Shown piece after piece: positions 1 to 8,588 of a stretch of 58,361 nt of DNA. This DNA comes from Candidatus Aegiribacteria sp. (GTDB taxonomy: Bacteria > Fermentibacterota > Fermentibacteria > Fermentibacterales > JCC-6). Under the pieces are notes generated by a model. The model made no database searches and was not told where the DNA came from. It saw nothing but the letters and a program-made list of their open reading frames with translations. A program made the position numbers and the translations under genes. The stretch is taken from positions 1-58,361 of the forward strand of contig JAWOBF010000150.1 of NCBI GenBank assembly GCA_046498225.1, given 5' to 3'. Each line of letters begins with the position of its first letter. Position 1 is the stretch's first letter.

Positions 1-74
1 CTGCCATTTTCACGTTCCACGGGGTGAAACGCGGGTTCGGCGGCTGGGTGGAGGGTGGTTTTGGTGCATACACA

Positions 75-102
75 ATGTCCGATAAGAGATATTATGTAAA
101 GT
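75..102 (+). other. dif-like XerC/XerD chromosome dimer resolution site
   Basis: ATGTCCGATAA-GAGATA-TTATGTAAAGT: 11-6-11 architecture; right arm matches the conserved XerD arm (E. coli TTATGTTAAAT), left arm ends in ATAA like XerC arms; AT-rich noncoding context. Confidence 0.8.
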
Positions 103-272
103 CATAGATATGATCATTCACATCCATGCATGACTGTACATAATATCGATAATGATCAAAACATCGATTAGTCATGGATATGATTATTCACATCCATACA
201 TGACTGTACATAATATCGATTAGTCATAGATATGATCATTCACATCCATACATGACTGTACATAATATCGAT
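100..272. repeat. Three ~51-bp direct repeats (AGTCATRGATATGATYATTCACATCCATRCATGACTGTACATAATATCGAT)
   Basis: Copies at 100-150, 170-220, 222-272; each internally palindromic (AGTCAT...ATGACT) and carrying ACTGTACATAA, the reverse complement of a XerD-arm-like TTATGTACAGT. Confidence 0.9.
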
Positions 273-308
273 ATAGTTCTGCTTTGTTATTTCTCTTCCC
301 CCCTGTTT

Positions 309-558
309 TGTTCATCACATGTTTTTTAGATCAATGCTGTTGCTTCGCGTTGTGTTCATCACATGTTTTTTTTAGATCAATGCTGGTGCTGCGCGCTGTG
401 TTCAGGGCATGCTATTTTGAAATAATGCTGGTGCTGCGCGCTGTGTTCAGGGCATGTTTTTTTTAGATCAATGCTGGTGCTGCGCGTTGTGTTCATCACA
501 TGTTTTTTTAGATCAATGCTGGTGCTGCGCGCTGTGTTCACGGCATGCTGCTTTGAAA
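309..558. repeat. ~45-bp tandem repeat array, about 5.5 copies
   Basis: TGTTCA recurs at 309, 353, 399, 444, 490, 535 (period 44-46); unit approx. TGTTCATCACATGTTTTTTAGATCAATGCTGGTGCTGCGCGCTG with variable T-run; no unique spacers. Confidence 0.9.
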
Positions 559-568
559 GTCTCCCGGT

Positions 569-1303
569 CTAGTTCATCGCCATTTCCAGGCGGGCCAGCT
601 GGTAGCGGACGAAATCAGTTGTGTCGCGGGATATTTCCAGCGCTGTCTGTAGGTTCTCCAGTGAACTCTGGTAATCGTTCGTTTTGAAGTCCAGCCTGGA
701 CAGGCCGGAATACGCCTCCCAGGCAAGTTGCGAGTTCTCCGTCGTATTGCTGAGTATATCGTTGTAATGGTATCTGGCGTTGACTATATCCTCGCCTCCG
801 CCCCTGTTCTCCAGAGCCTGGGCCAGGTGAAGGCTGGCGGAGTTCCGCAGGTCACCGCCGGGGTCGGTGGCCAGGAAATCCTGCATATCAGATATTACTT
901 CGCTTTCCATGCGGAACATTATCCCTATTTTCGCGGCGAGAATGGCCGATCTCTTTCCCGGAAGCCTTCCCGGGTAATTACGGTAGTTGTTGCCCGCTAC
1001 CTGCCGCGCCGCCTGTATCTGGCCGATACCTGTTTCCGTCTCTCCGTACCTCACCAGGTTGTCCATTCCCATCTCGTAAAGCTGGGTGGCGAGGTAGTAC
1101 TGCGCCCTGGCCTCGTCTGACTGCCTTCTGGAGCTGCCGGTCAGTGACTGTATTACGAGTACCGCTACTATCAGGACCGCTCCCGCTATCAGGATCTGCT
1201 TCAGATGGTCCTGAACATAGACCATTCCCTTGAGCAGAGCGTCATTGACGGGATCCTTCTTGAGTTCGGTCTTGGTCAGTTTCTTTCTTGTTCTGTGAGC
1301 CAT
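569..1303 (-). CDS. Membrane-anchored TPR-like protein (YfgM-like)
   Basis: Basic N-terminus, one TM helix (ILIAGAVLIVAVLVI), followed by helical TPR-like repeats; GGAG RBS. Confidence 0.65.
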   Translation of the reverse strand: MAHRTRKKLTKTELKKDPVNDALLKGMVYVQDHLKQILIAGAVLIVAVLVIQSLTGSSRRQSDEARAQYYLATQLYEMGMDNLVRYGETETGIGQIQAARQVAGNNYRNYPGRLPGKRSAILAAKIGIMFRMESEVISDMQDFLATDPGGDLRNSASLHLAQALENRGGGEDIVNARYHYNDILSNTTENSQLAWEAYSGLSRLDFKTNDYQSSLENLQTALEISRDTTDFVRYQLARLEMAMN

Positions 1304-1322
1304 TGCATCTCCCGATTCCGGA

Positions 1323-1940
1323 TCAACTGTTCAGCGAGTTTCTAATTTCAGCGAATATACTAAGAATCTGTCCCCTCAAGTAATCAGCATCCCGGGAGTT
1401 GTCCGCGACGAAGTCCCCCCTGGAAACCTTCTCCTCCATGGGCATCTGGTTGCTCCATCTGTTCTCCGTCATCTCCCTGGATATTCCGTCCCTCGATTCT
1501 AGGCGGAGCGCGCATCTCTCCAGTGTATCTCTTATCACCACGGTACGGTGGAAAAGGTCGTCAAGACCGAGTTCGAATATCAGAGCCCCTTCCAGTACCC
1601 ATATCCCTCCGCGCCGCGAAAGAATGGACGAACACAACCCGGCCCATCCCTTCATTCTTGGATGGACAACGTAATTCAGCTTTTCCATCTTGTCCGGGTC
1701 GCTGAATACAATACCGGAAAGCTTTCGGCGCAGCCGCGTCTTTCCCATGGTGCCGGCATCACTCATGCCCAGAGCTTCTTCCAGCTCCCGCAGGACATAT
1801 TCCTTTTCGAGCAGGCGGTGTCCGATGCGGTCCAGGGAACAGATACCGGTTACCAGGCCTTCGACAAAGGATGCCGCCGTGGTCTGACCGCAGCCGCTGT
1901 TGCCGGTGATGGCCACCAGCAGGGTCTTCCCGGAACTCAT
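1323..1940 (-). CDS. coaE: Dephospho-CoA kinase (atypical P-loop)
   Basis: VAITGNSGCGQTT, LDRIGH, LSGIVFSDP..LNYVVHP, ALIFE, RDG, QMP; start placed at ATG 1940 with AGGAGA RBS. Confidence 0.85.
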   Translation of the reverse strand: MSSGKTLLVAITGNSGCGQTTAASFVEGLVTGICSLDRIGHRLLEKEYVLRELEEALGMSDAGTMGKTRLRRKLSGIVFSDPDKMEKLNYVVHPRMKGWAGLCSSILSRRGGIWVLEGALIFELGLDDLFHRTVVIRDTLERCALRLESRDGISREMTENRWSNQMPMEEKVSRGDFVADNSRDADYLRGQILSIFAEIRNSLNS

Positions 1941-1941
1941 G

Positions 1942-3312
1942 CTATCTCCTGTCCCAGCATACATTGTCCCTTTCGAGGGTCATCCTCACCATTTCACCCT
2001 CCACGCTTCCCTGCGGGGATATGACTGGTATATAGTTGTCTGTCATGCCTATATATCTCCCGCTTGGCTCATGGACCCTCGATTCCACAAGGACAAGAAC
2101 TTCGCTGCCCAGCCTGGATTCCCTGAAAGCCCTTCTCTTACTTCTTGACAGCGCCCTCAGCTCCCTGGCCCTTTCGGTGACCGTTTCCGGGTGTATCATG
2201 TCCGCGTGCATGGAAGCCGCCGGTGTTCCCGGCCTGGGAGAGAAAGGGAATACGTGCAGGTAGGCCACCGCCGGATGAGAGATGAGTTCCACGGTCCTCC
2301 GGAAGTCCTCCCCGGTCTCACCCGGAAAGCCGACTATGACGTCCGAACCGATCCCTATTCCGGGAAACAGTTCCAGGGCGGTGTCGAACAGCCTCCGTAT
2401 ATCGTCCGACCCGTATTTCCTGCCCATTCTTTCCAGTATTCTGTCAGAACCGCTCTGAACAGGTATGTGAAGGTGCCGGCATACACCCGGGAAAGCTATC
2501 CCCCTGAGCATTTCGGCCTTGAGACCTATCGGTTCCATCGAGCTGAGCCTGAGCCTGAATCCGCCGATACCGAGCAGGTCCCGCACGAGGTCTATCAGGC
2601 CGTACCCGTCCCCGTACAGGTCCTTTCCGTACTCCACCAGGTCGACACCGGTGAGCAGTATCTCCCTGAAACCGGCTCCGGCAAGCTTTTCGGCCTGCTT
2701 CAGCACCATCTCCCCGGGCTGGCTCCTGGAAGGTCCCCGGGCCGCCGGGACTATGCAGTAGGTGCAACGGTTGTCGCAGCCGTCCTGGACCTTGAGGAAG
2801 GCCCTGGTACGGGACATCACCTCGGGAGCGCAGGCGGGGAATATCGCGTCTTTTCCGGGTTCCACATAAGACGCCCGCTTCGGGATTATGCCCATGGTTT
2901 CCGCCACGGTGTCCACCAGGCGGTCCTTCGAGGTGTTGGGCAGCAGCATCACTTCCTGGCCCTCGAACTCCTCCGGTGCAACCTGGGCCACGCATCCGGT
3001 AACCACTACCGTCGCTTCGGTCCTTCTGCGGAAACTCCTCACCGCTTTTCTGGACCTGGCCGTGCTGCGGCCCGTGACCGCGCAGGTGTTCACCAGGATA
3101 ACTGTGGCGTTCTTCGGATCGGAAACCCTTTCCATACCGCAGCGCAGCCTGAATTCCTCCAGGATAGCCTCGGTCTCGTACGCGTTCAGACGGCAGCCCA
3201 GTGTATGACCGAATATCCTGTGCCCCGTTCCGCCCTGCGGCTGCGGGAGGGAGTCAGCCTCCCTCCCGCGCTGTCCATCCGATAAAGAGGTGGAACTACT
3301 TCTTTTCCTCAT
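1942..3312 (-). CDS. mtaB: tRNA methylthiotransferase, MtaB-type (radical SAM)
   Basis: HTLGCRLNAYET, NTCAVT, TGCVA, KVQDGCDNRCTYC, HIPVQSGSDRIL, VGFPGET, TRAM-like C-terminus; start uncertain. Confidence 0.85.
   Translation of the reverse strand: MRKRSSSTSLSDGQRGREADSLPQPQGGTGHRIFGHTLGCRLNAYETEAILEEFRLRCGMERVSDPKNATVILVNTCAVTGRSTARSRKAVRSFRRRTEATVVVTGCVAQVAPEEFEGQEVMLLPNTSKDRLVDTVAETMGIIPKRASYVEPGKDAIFPACAPEVMSRTRAFLKVQDGCDNRCTYCIVPAARGPSRSQPGEMVLKQAEKLAGAGFREILLTGVDLVEYGKDLYGDGYGLIDLVRDLLGIGGFRLRLSSMEPIGLKAEMLRGIAFPGVCRHLHIPVQSGSDRILERMGRKYGSDDIRRLFDTALELFPGIGIGSDVIVGFPGETGEDFRRTVELISHPAVAYLHVFPFSPRPGTPAASMHADMIHPETVTERARELRALSRSKRRAFRESRLGSEVLVLVESRVHEPSGRYIGMTDNYIPVISPQGSVEGEMVRMTLERDNVCWDRR
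3243..3269 (-). promoter_or_regulatory. Perfect 11-bp hairpin just downstream of rpsA
   Basis: GCGGGAGGGAG-N5-CTCCCTCCCGC; no U-tract. Confidence 0.5.
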
Positions 3313-5212
3313 CTTCTTCGTCCGGCTGTTCTTCCGGTTCCTCTTCCTTCTCTTCTTCAGCCTGCTCAGCCTCTTCGGCCTTCGGGGAGGTTTCCTCCTC
3401 CGGCTCCACGTCGGGAGCTTCCTCTTCGGAAGCTTCCGCTTCCGTCTCCTGCTCCTCTTCCTTCACAGGCTCCTTCTCACGTCCCTCCAGGCTCTCCCTG
3501 AAGGCCTGGAGCTCTTCCATCGGCCTGCCGTTGAAATAGCTCCTGACGCTGAGGACTATGCGCCTGCTGGATGGTTCCAGTTCTATGACCCTGAGGGGAA
3601 GCTCGTCTCCCTCCCGAATAACATCGGAGGGGTCTTCAATGTCCTCCCAGCCCAGCTGGCTCTGAGGAACGAAGCCCTCGATATAGTCATCCAGGCGGAC
3701 CACCACTCCTCTGTCCAGGAGCTGAACAACTTCGCCCTTGGCGTCCTTGCCCACGGGGTAGCGCTGCTCCATGGTATCCCAGGGGTTTTCATGGGTCTGC
3801 TTGAGTCCCAGCGATATACGGTTGTTCTCCACGTCTATGTTGAGAACGACCACTTTCAGGGTATCGCCCTTCCTGAGAAGGTCCGAGGGATGGTTGATGC
3901 GTCTGGTCCAGCTCATGTCGCTGATATGGACCAGGCCGTCGATACCCTCCTCTATCTCCACGAAGGCCCCGAAAGCCGTGAGGTTCCTTATCTTTCCCTC
4001 GATCTCCGTTCCCACAGGGTACCTCTCCTCGATGGAGTCCCACGGATTATCCAGGGTCTGCTTCAGTCCCAGGGATATCTTCTTCTCTTCCTCGTCGACG
4101 TTGAGTATCATCACTTCTATCTCATCGCCGACGTTCAGCACTCTGGACGGATGTCGGATATGCTTGGTCCAGGACATCTCGGATATATGGACAAGACCCT
4201 CTACTCCGGGCTCGAGCTCCACGAAGGCGCCGTAGTCGGTTATGCTGGCTACCTTCCCGGTGGCGATGGAGTCCACCGGGTACCTCTCGGAGACACCATC
4301 CCAGGGGAAAGGCTGAAGCTGCTTGTAGCCAAGGGATATCCTCTCACGCTCCCGGTCGAACTTGAGAATCTTGACCTCTATCTCATCACCGATTGAGAAC
4401 ATGTGAGAGGGATGACGCACCCGCCCCCAGCTCATATCCGTGATATGAAGGAGACCATCTATTCCGCCGAGGTCCACGAACACTCCGAAGTCGGTGATGT
4501 TCTTGACTACGCCGGTGCGAACCTGGTCCTCCTCCAGCTCCTTGATCAGAGCCTCCTTCTGCTCGGCCCTTGCCTCCTCCAGCACCTGTCTTCTGCTCAC
4601 CACTATGTTCCGGCGTCTCTTGTTCAGCTTTATCACCCTGAAGTCATACTCGCTGCCGATGAACTGCTCGAGGTTGGGCACCTGGCGCAGGGCAACCTGG
4701 GAACCGGGAAGGAAAGCTTCCACTCCCATTATCCTCACCTTCAGACCGCCCTTTATTCTGCGGACTATGGTGCCCTTTATCTCGGAGCCTGTATCGTAGG
4801 CGTCCTTGATATCCTTCCACACCTTGTGGAAATGCGCCTTCTCCTTGGAGACCGATACCCTGCCGTCCTGATCCTCCAGTGTCTCGATGAGAACGTCCAC
4901 CGGGTCCCCGGGGACGATATCCTCCTCCTTGCCGAACTCGCTGATGGGTATGATACCCTCGCTCTTGTAGTTGATGTCGACGATTACTTCGTTGCCCACT
5001 CTTCTCAGGATATTGCCGGTTACTATGGCCCCCGGCCTTATCTGATTGGAGCCGATGTTTTCCATGTACTGGGCTTCCAGTTCCTCCCGCTGCTTCCGAG
5101 AGTAGTCCTGACCCTCGATGGCCTCTATCTCCTCCGGGGTAAGTCCTACTATGAGTTCTTCCTTATCTGCCACTTTGTTCCTTTCCTCGTTGCTTCCGGT
5201 CTGTTCACTCAC
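3296..5212 (-). CDS. rpsA: 30S ribosomal protein S1
   Basis: Six S1 repeats (YKSEG, AFLPGSQV, FGVFVDLGGIDGLLHITDMSW, etc.), acidic C-terminal tail; GTG start at 5212 overlapping plsC stop (alternative TTG at 5230). Confidence 0.95.
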   Translation of the reverse strand: MSEQTGSNEERNKVADKEELIVGLTPEEIEAIEGQDYSRKQREELEAQYMENIGSNQIRPGAIVTGNILRRVGNEVIVDINYKSEGIIPISEFGKEEDIVPGDPVDVLIETLEDQDGRVSVSKEKAHFHKVWKDIKDAYDTGSEIKGTIVRRIKGGLKVRIMGVEAFLPGSQVALRQVPNLEQFIGSEYDFRVIKLNKRRRNIVVSRRQVLEEARAEQKEALIKELEEDQVRTGVVKNITDFGVFVDLGGIDGLLHITDMSWGRVRHPSHMFSIGDEIEVKILKFDRERERISLGYKQLQPFPWDGVSERYPVDSIATGKVASITDYGAFVELEPGVEGLVHISEMSWTKHIRHPSRVLNVGDEIEVMILNVDEEEKKISLGLKQTLDNPWDSIEERYPVGTEIEGKIRNLTAFGAFVEIEEGIDGLVHISDMSWTRRINHPSDLLRKGDTLKVVVLNIDVENNRISLGLKQTHENPWDTMEQRYPVGKDAKGEVVQLLDRGVVVRLDDYIEGFVPQSQLGWEDIEDPSDVIREGDELPLRVIELEPSSRRIVLSVRSYFNGRPMEELQAFRESLEGREKEPVKEEEQETEAEASEEEAPDVEPEEETSPKAEEAEQAEEEKEEEPEEQPDEEDEEKK

Positions 5213-5840
5213 TGTACAATCCCGCTTCAATTCCTGTTTCGGCTATTCCCGCCATTATTCTTTCCGCCACGGCCCTGTTGCCGCGGTTTTTCCTGATCTC
5301 GCTGATACCGCCGCTGGATATCATCCTTCCGAAGCTTACGGTAAAGGGGGAGCCTCTCCTGGTGAGGGCTTTTCCCGCATGGTCGGTCCCCCATATGAAC
5401 GCCGGCAGTACCGGCACACCTGATGAAATAGCCACGAGGCTGATTCCGGCCTTTACCGGAAGAAGCCTGCCGTCGCGGCTTCTGGTGCCTTCGGGAAAAA
5501 TAACCACCGCCTCCCCCCTCCTGAGATGCTTTATGGCCGTTCTGAGGGCTCCGGTGTCTATGGATGACCTGTTGACCGGGAAGGCGTTGAGCTTTCGCAG
5601 GAAGAAATCGGTGACCCGCATCCCGAAAAGCTCCATTTTCGCCATGTACGCCACGGTCCTTGGAATGGCGAATCCCAGCACAGGCGGGTCCAGCTCCGAT
5701 ATGTGGTTGCAGGCGATAATAAGCCCGCCCCTCCTGGGTACTCTGCGGCTTCCGATGACCTTCATTCCGAAAAGTAGACGGGCCAGCCTTCCACCGTAGT
5801 ACTGTATCCTTATTCGGACCGATTCCTGCATGGGTTTCAT
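5205..5840 (-). CDS. plsC: 1-acyl-sn-glycerol-3-phosphate acyltransferase
   Basis: NHISELD (HxxxxD) and IFPEGTRS motifs; cmk-plsC-rpsA synteny. Confidence 0.9.
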   Translation of the reverse strand: MKPMQESVRIRIQYYGGRLARLLFGMKVIGSRRVPRRGGLIIACNHISELDPPVLGFAIPRTVAYMAKMELFGMRVTDFFLRKLNAFPVNRSSIDTGALRTAIKHLRRGEAVVIFPEGTRSRDGRLLPVKAGISLVAISSGVPVLPAFIWGTDHAGKALTRRGSPFTVSFGRMISSGGISEIRKNRGNRAVAERIMAGIAETGIEAGLYSE

Positions 5841-6493
5841 TTCATCCGCTCCCTGAACATTCCCAGCACCGCCTCAGCCTGCTGGCTGATGCTCATGAGG
5901 GTGGAATCCAGCATCACGGCTCCCGGGGAGAGTCTCAGCGGGCTGTCCTCCCTGTTCCTGTCCCTGCGGTCTCTGTTGAGCTGTGACCGGAGGAGGGCGT
6001 CGAAGTCCGCTTCCTCTCCCCTGGCGATTATCTCTCTCCATCTCCTGATGACCCTTACAGCCACGTCCGCGATGACGTAGACCTTCAGGTCGGCGTCGGG
6101 AAAGACGACAGTGCCCATGTCCCTGCCCTCCGCGACCGTATCATGTTTTTCGGCAAACTCTCTCTGCAGAGCCACCATCTGCCTTCGGACCGGAGGCCCG
6201 GAGGAAATGACGCTGGCGGCATCGCTGATGGCCGTTGTCCTGATAAGGGAGGAGACATCCTCATCGTCCAGGTAGATGCTGCCGTTCCTGATGTCTATGG
6301 AATGGAGACGGATCTCGGAGGCGACCCTGTCATGATCATCGAGGCTTATGTTTTTTCTTATTGCCAGAAGAGCCGAAGCCCGGTACATGGCTCCGGTGTC
6401 AAGGTAGGAGAACCCCAGCGCTTCCGCAACCAGTCTGGCTGTAGTGCTCTTCCCGGACGCGGCGGGTCCGTCTATGGCGATAACTTTAGTCAG
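5837..6493 (-). CDS. cmk: Cytidylate kinase (probable CTG start)
   Basis: Frame upstream of the ORF-track ATG reads CTG ACT AAA GTT ATC GCC ATA GAC GGA CCC GCC GCG TCC GGG AAG AGC (xTKVIAIDGPAASGKST..YLDTGAMYR); EGRDMGTVVFPDA, RDRRD. Confidence 0.9.
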   Translation of the reverse strand: MTKVIAIDGPAASGKSTTARLVAEALGFSYLDTGAMYRASALLAIRKNISLDDHDRVASEIRLHSIDIRNGSIYLDDEDVSSLIRTTAISDAASVISSGPPVRRQMVALQREFAEKHDTVAEGRDMGTVVFPDADLKVYVIADVAVRVIRRWREIIARGEEADFDALLRSQLNRDRRDRNREDSPLRLSPGAVMLDSTLMSISQQAEAVLGMFRERMK

Positions 6494-6527
6494 GCAAGGT
6501 CACACCCTTTCTTTGGGATTGGGCACA

Positions 6528-6556
6528 AATATCTGAATAAATGTATGATCCGTCAA
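6528..6556 (-). promoter_or_regulatory. Putative sigma70 promoter for cmk-plsC-rpsA
   Basis: TTGACG-17 bp-GATATT in AT-rich intergenic gap. Confidence 0.45.
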
Positions 6557-6559
6557 GAG

Positions 6560-7294
6560 TTATCGGGGGTGAAGCCCCACCGATGATTTGAGTTCGCCCA
6601 GTTCCTTCGAAGTCAGCAACCGCCATTCTCCCCTCTCGACCCCCTTTATGGAGACAGTGCCGTACCTGACCCTCTCCAGGCCGCTCAGGCGGATGCCGCA
6701 GGCCTCGAAAAGCCTTCGGACCTCGCGGTTCCTGCCGGTGTGCAGAACAATGCTGATGGACCTGCCTCCGGAAATCCTTACCGAGACCGGCCTGGAGAAT
6801 TCTCCCCTGCCTATTCGGGCTCCCTTTCTCAGGCGTACCGCCATCCATTCCCCGGGGACCTCGTCGAGGAATGCCCTGTATTCCCTCTCCACCTCCCAGG
6901 AGGGATGGGTGAGCCTGTTGACCAGCCTGCCGTCGTTGCTCAGGAGCAGAAGACCGCCGGTGTTCACGTCCAGCCTTCCCACCGGAACCGTTCCAGGTGG
7001 AAGACCATCCATGAGACTGGATATTGACCTTTCCGCATCGGCGGCCAGTGTGGTCTCGTAACCGTGAGGTTTGTTGAGTACCGCGGTCAGAAGGGGCTGA
7101 AGCTCAACCCGCCGCCCCATGCATGTGACCCGGTCCCCCTGCACGACCCTGTATCCGGGAGAAGTGACGACACTTCCGTTGACCTTTACCAGGCCCTCGG
7201 CTATCAGGCCGTCGCTCTTCCTCCTCGAGGCAATTCCAGCCCTGGCCAGATACCTGTTGAGCCTGAAACCCTCAGCCTTCTTCTGATCTGTCAA
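6560..7294 (-). CDS. rluB: rRNA pseudouridine synthase, RluB/RsuA family
   Basis: S4 domain RLNRYLARAGIASRR, NKP, PVGRLDVNTGGLLLLSNDG, GRNREVRR; scpAB synteny. Confidence 0.88.
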   Translation of the reverse strand: MTDQKKAEGFRLNRYLARAGIASRRKSDGLIAEGLVKVNGSVVTSPGYRVVQGDRVTCMGRRVELQPLLTAVLNKPHGYETTLAADAERSISSLMDGLPPGTVPVGRLDVNTGGLLLLSNDGRLVNRLTHPSWEVEREYRAFLDEVPGEWMAVRLRKGARIGRGEFSRPVSVRISGGRSISIVLHTGRNREVRRLFEACGIRLSGLERVRYGTVSIKGVERGEWRLLTSKELGELKSSVGLHPR

Positions 7295-7853
7295 ACAGGT
7301 CCCTCTCCTCCATCTCGGAGGGGCTCATGGACAGCAGTTCCTCTATCTCCTCGTACCTGGGTAGATGGTCCAGGTCGCTGAGGCCGAAGTACTCGAGAAA
7401 ACTGCCGGTGGTGGAATAGAGCAGCGGTCTGCCCGGCGATTCCATCCTTCCGGATATCTTTATCATCTCCCGCTCCAGCAGTGTCCTGATGGCGCTGTCG
7501 CAGTTGACACCCCTTATGGATTCTATGTTCATCCTGGTGCAGGGCTGGCTGTAGGCCACCACCGCCAGTGTCTCCAGGGCTGCCCGGGAAAGCTTGCCGG
7601 GTTTTCTTCCCTCGAACAGCTGGGAAACAACCTGTCCGAACTCGCTTTCGGTGGCTATGCGAAAACCGCCGGCGACCTGAACGATGGAAAGGGCATGATG
7701 GTGTTCCATGAACGCCCTGTTTATACGGTCCAGTGCCTGATGTACGGAATCTTCGCCGCTGCCTGTATACTCGCACAGCTGCGCTATGCTCAGGGGCTCG
7801 TCAGAAGCGAATATCAGAGCTTCCACTTCCCTGGCCAGTCTGTCAAGTATCAA
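7272..7853 (-). CDS. scpB: SMC-Scp complex subunit ScpB
   Basis: EALIFASDEPL, VAGGFR, LSRAALETLAVVAYSQP, IRGVN, PGRPLLYSTT..FL. Confidence 0.95.
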   Translation of the reverse strand: MILDRLAREVEALIFASDEPLSIAQLCEYTGSGEDSVHQALDRINRAFMEHHHALSIVQVAGGFRIATESEFGQVVSQLFEGRKPGKLSRAALETLAVVAYSQPCTRMNIESIRGVNCDSAIRTLLEREMIKISGRMESPGRPLLYSTTGSFLEYFGLSDLDHLPRYEEIEELLSMSPSEMEERDLFDRSEEG

Positions 7854-8568
7854 CTCTCCACCTCTCAGTACGCTGCAGTTCTATCTCTGAGAACGGATAG
7901 GGCTGCCGGAACCGGATCCATCCCCGCCTTATCAGCTCCAGTACGGTTATGAAATATGATACGATCCTCGTGGTGGTGGGGGCCGGCCCCACTATGGACG
8001 CGAAACTCACAGAGCTCCCGGGCAGTATCTTCCTCTCCAGGCTGTCTATGCATTCACCTATAGTGAGCATAGTCCGGCGGATCTTCTGCGGAGGAAGGGA
8101 TTCCTCCTCGGCGGAGAGGTCGCTCAGGGCCTTCAGAAGGTCCAGAAGCGAGGTCTGGCCGGGCTCCACGGCCACGGTCTCCTCCGACCACCTGTCCCTC
8201 TCCCCCGGGGAAGTGTATATGTCCGTCCATGTCTCCTCGCTCCTCTGAAGCTCTAGAGCTATCTCCCGGAAGGTCCGGTAGAGTATCAGCTGACGTCTCA
8301 GTTCCGCTCCCGGGTCCGGTTCATCCTCCCCGTCCCTGTGTTTCGGAAGGAGCGCCCGGCTCTTTATCCTGGTAAGCGTGGCGGCCATTACCAGGTACTC
8401 GCTGGCCACGTCCAGGTCCAGCTCCCGGGCCTGTCTTATGTACCGGCAGTACTGGTCGGCAACATGAGCCACCGGAATATCGTAGATATCGAGTTCGTCG
8501 CGCCTTATGAGGTACAGAAGCAGGTCCAGCGGCCCTTCGAAGGAATCCAGCTCTATCCTGCAGCTCAA
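7843..8568 (-). CDS. scpA: Segregation/condensation protein A (kleisin)
   Basis: FEGPLDLLLYLI, DIYDIP, SEYLVMAATL..IKSR.LLP; TTG start at 8568 inferred. Confidence 0.92.
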   Translation of the reverse strand: MSCRIELDSFEGPLDLLLYLIRRDELDIYDIPVAHVADQYCRYIRQARELDLDVASEYLVMAATLTRIKSRALLPKHRDGEDEPDPGAELRRQLILYRTFREIALELQRSEETWTDIYTSPGERDRWSEETVAVEPGQTSLLDLLKALSDLSAEEESLPPQKIRRTMLTIGECIDSLERKILPGSSVSFASIVGPAPTTTRIVSYFITVLELIRRGWIRFRQPYPFSEIELQRTERWRVDT

Positions 8569-8588
8569 CCGTCGGCAGGCGGGTTCCG

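Noticed and set aside
100..558. CRISPR array
   Set aside because: Repeats are head-to-tail without unique spacers of regular length, and there are no cas genes in the window
284..687. ORFs 284-466 and 454-687
   Set aside because: Translations merely mirror the 45-bp tandem repeat; variable T-runs shift the frame; no RBS
2191..5296. Long plus-strand ORFs antisense to mtaB and rpsA (and similar shadow ORFs throughout)
   Set aside because: Typical antisense open frames of high-GC coding DNA; no recognisable motifs
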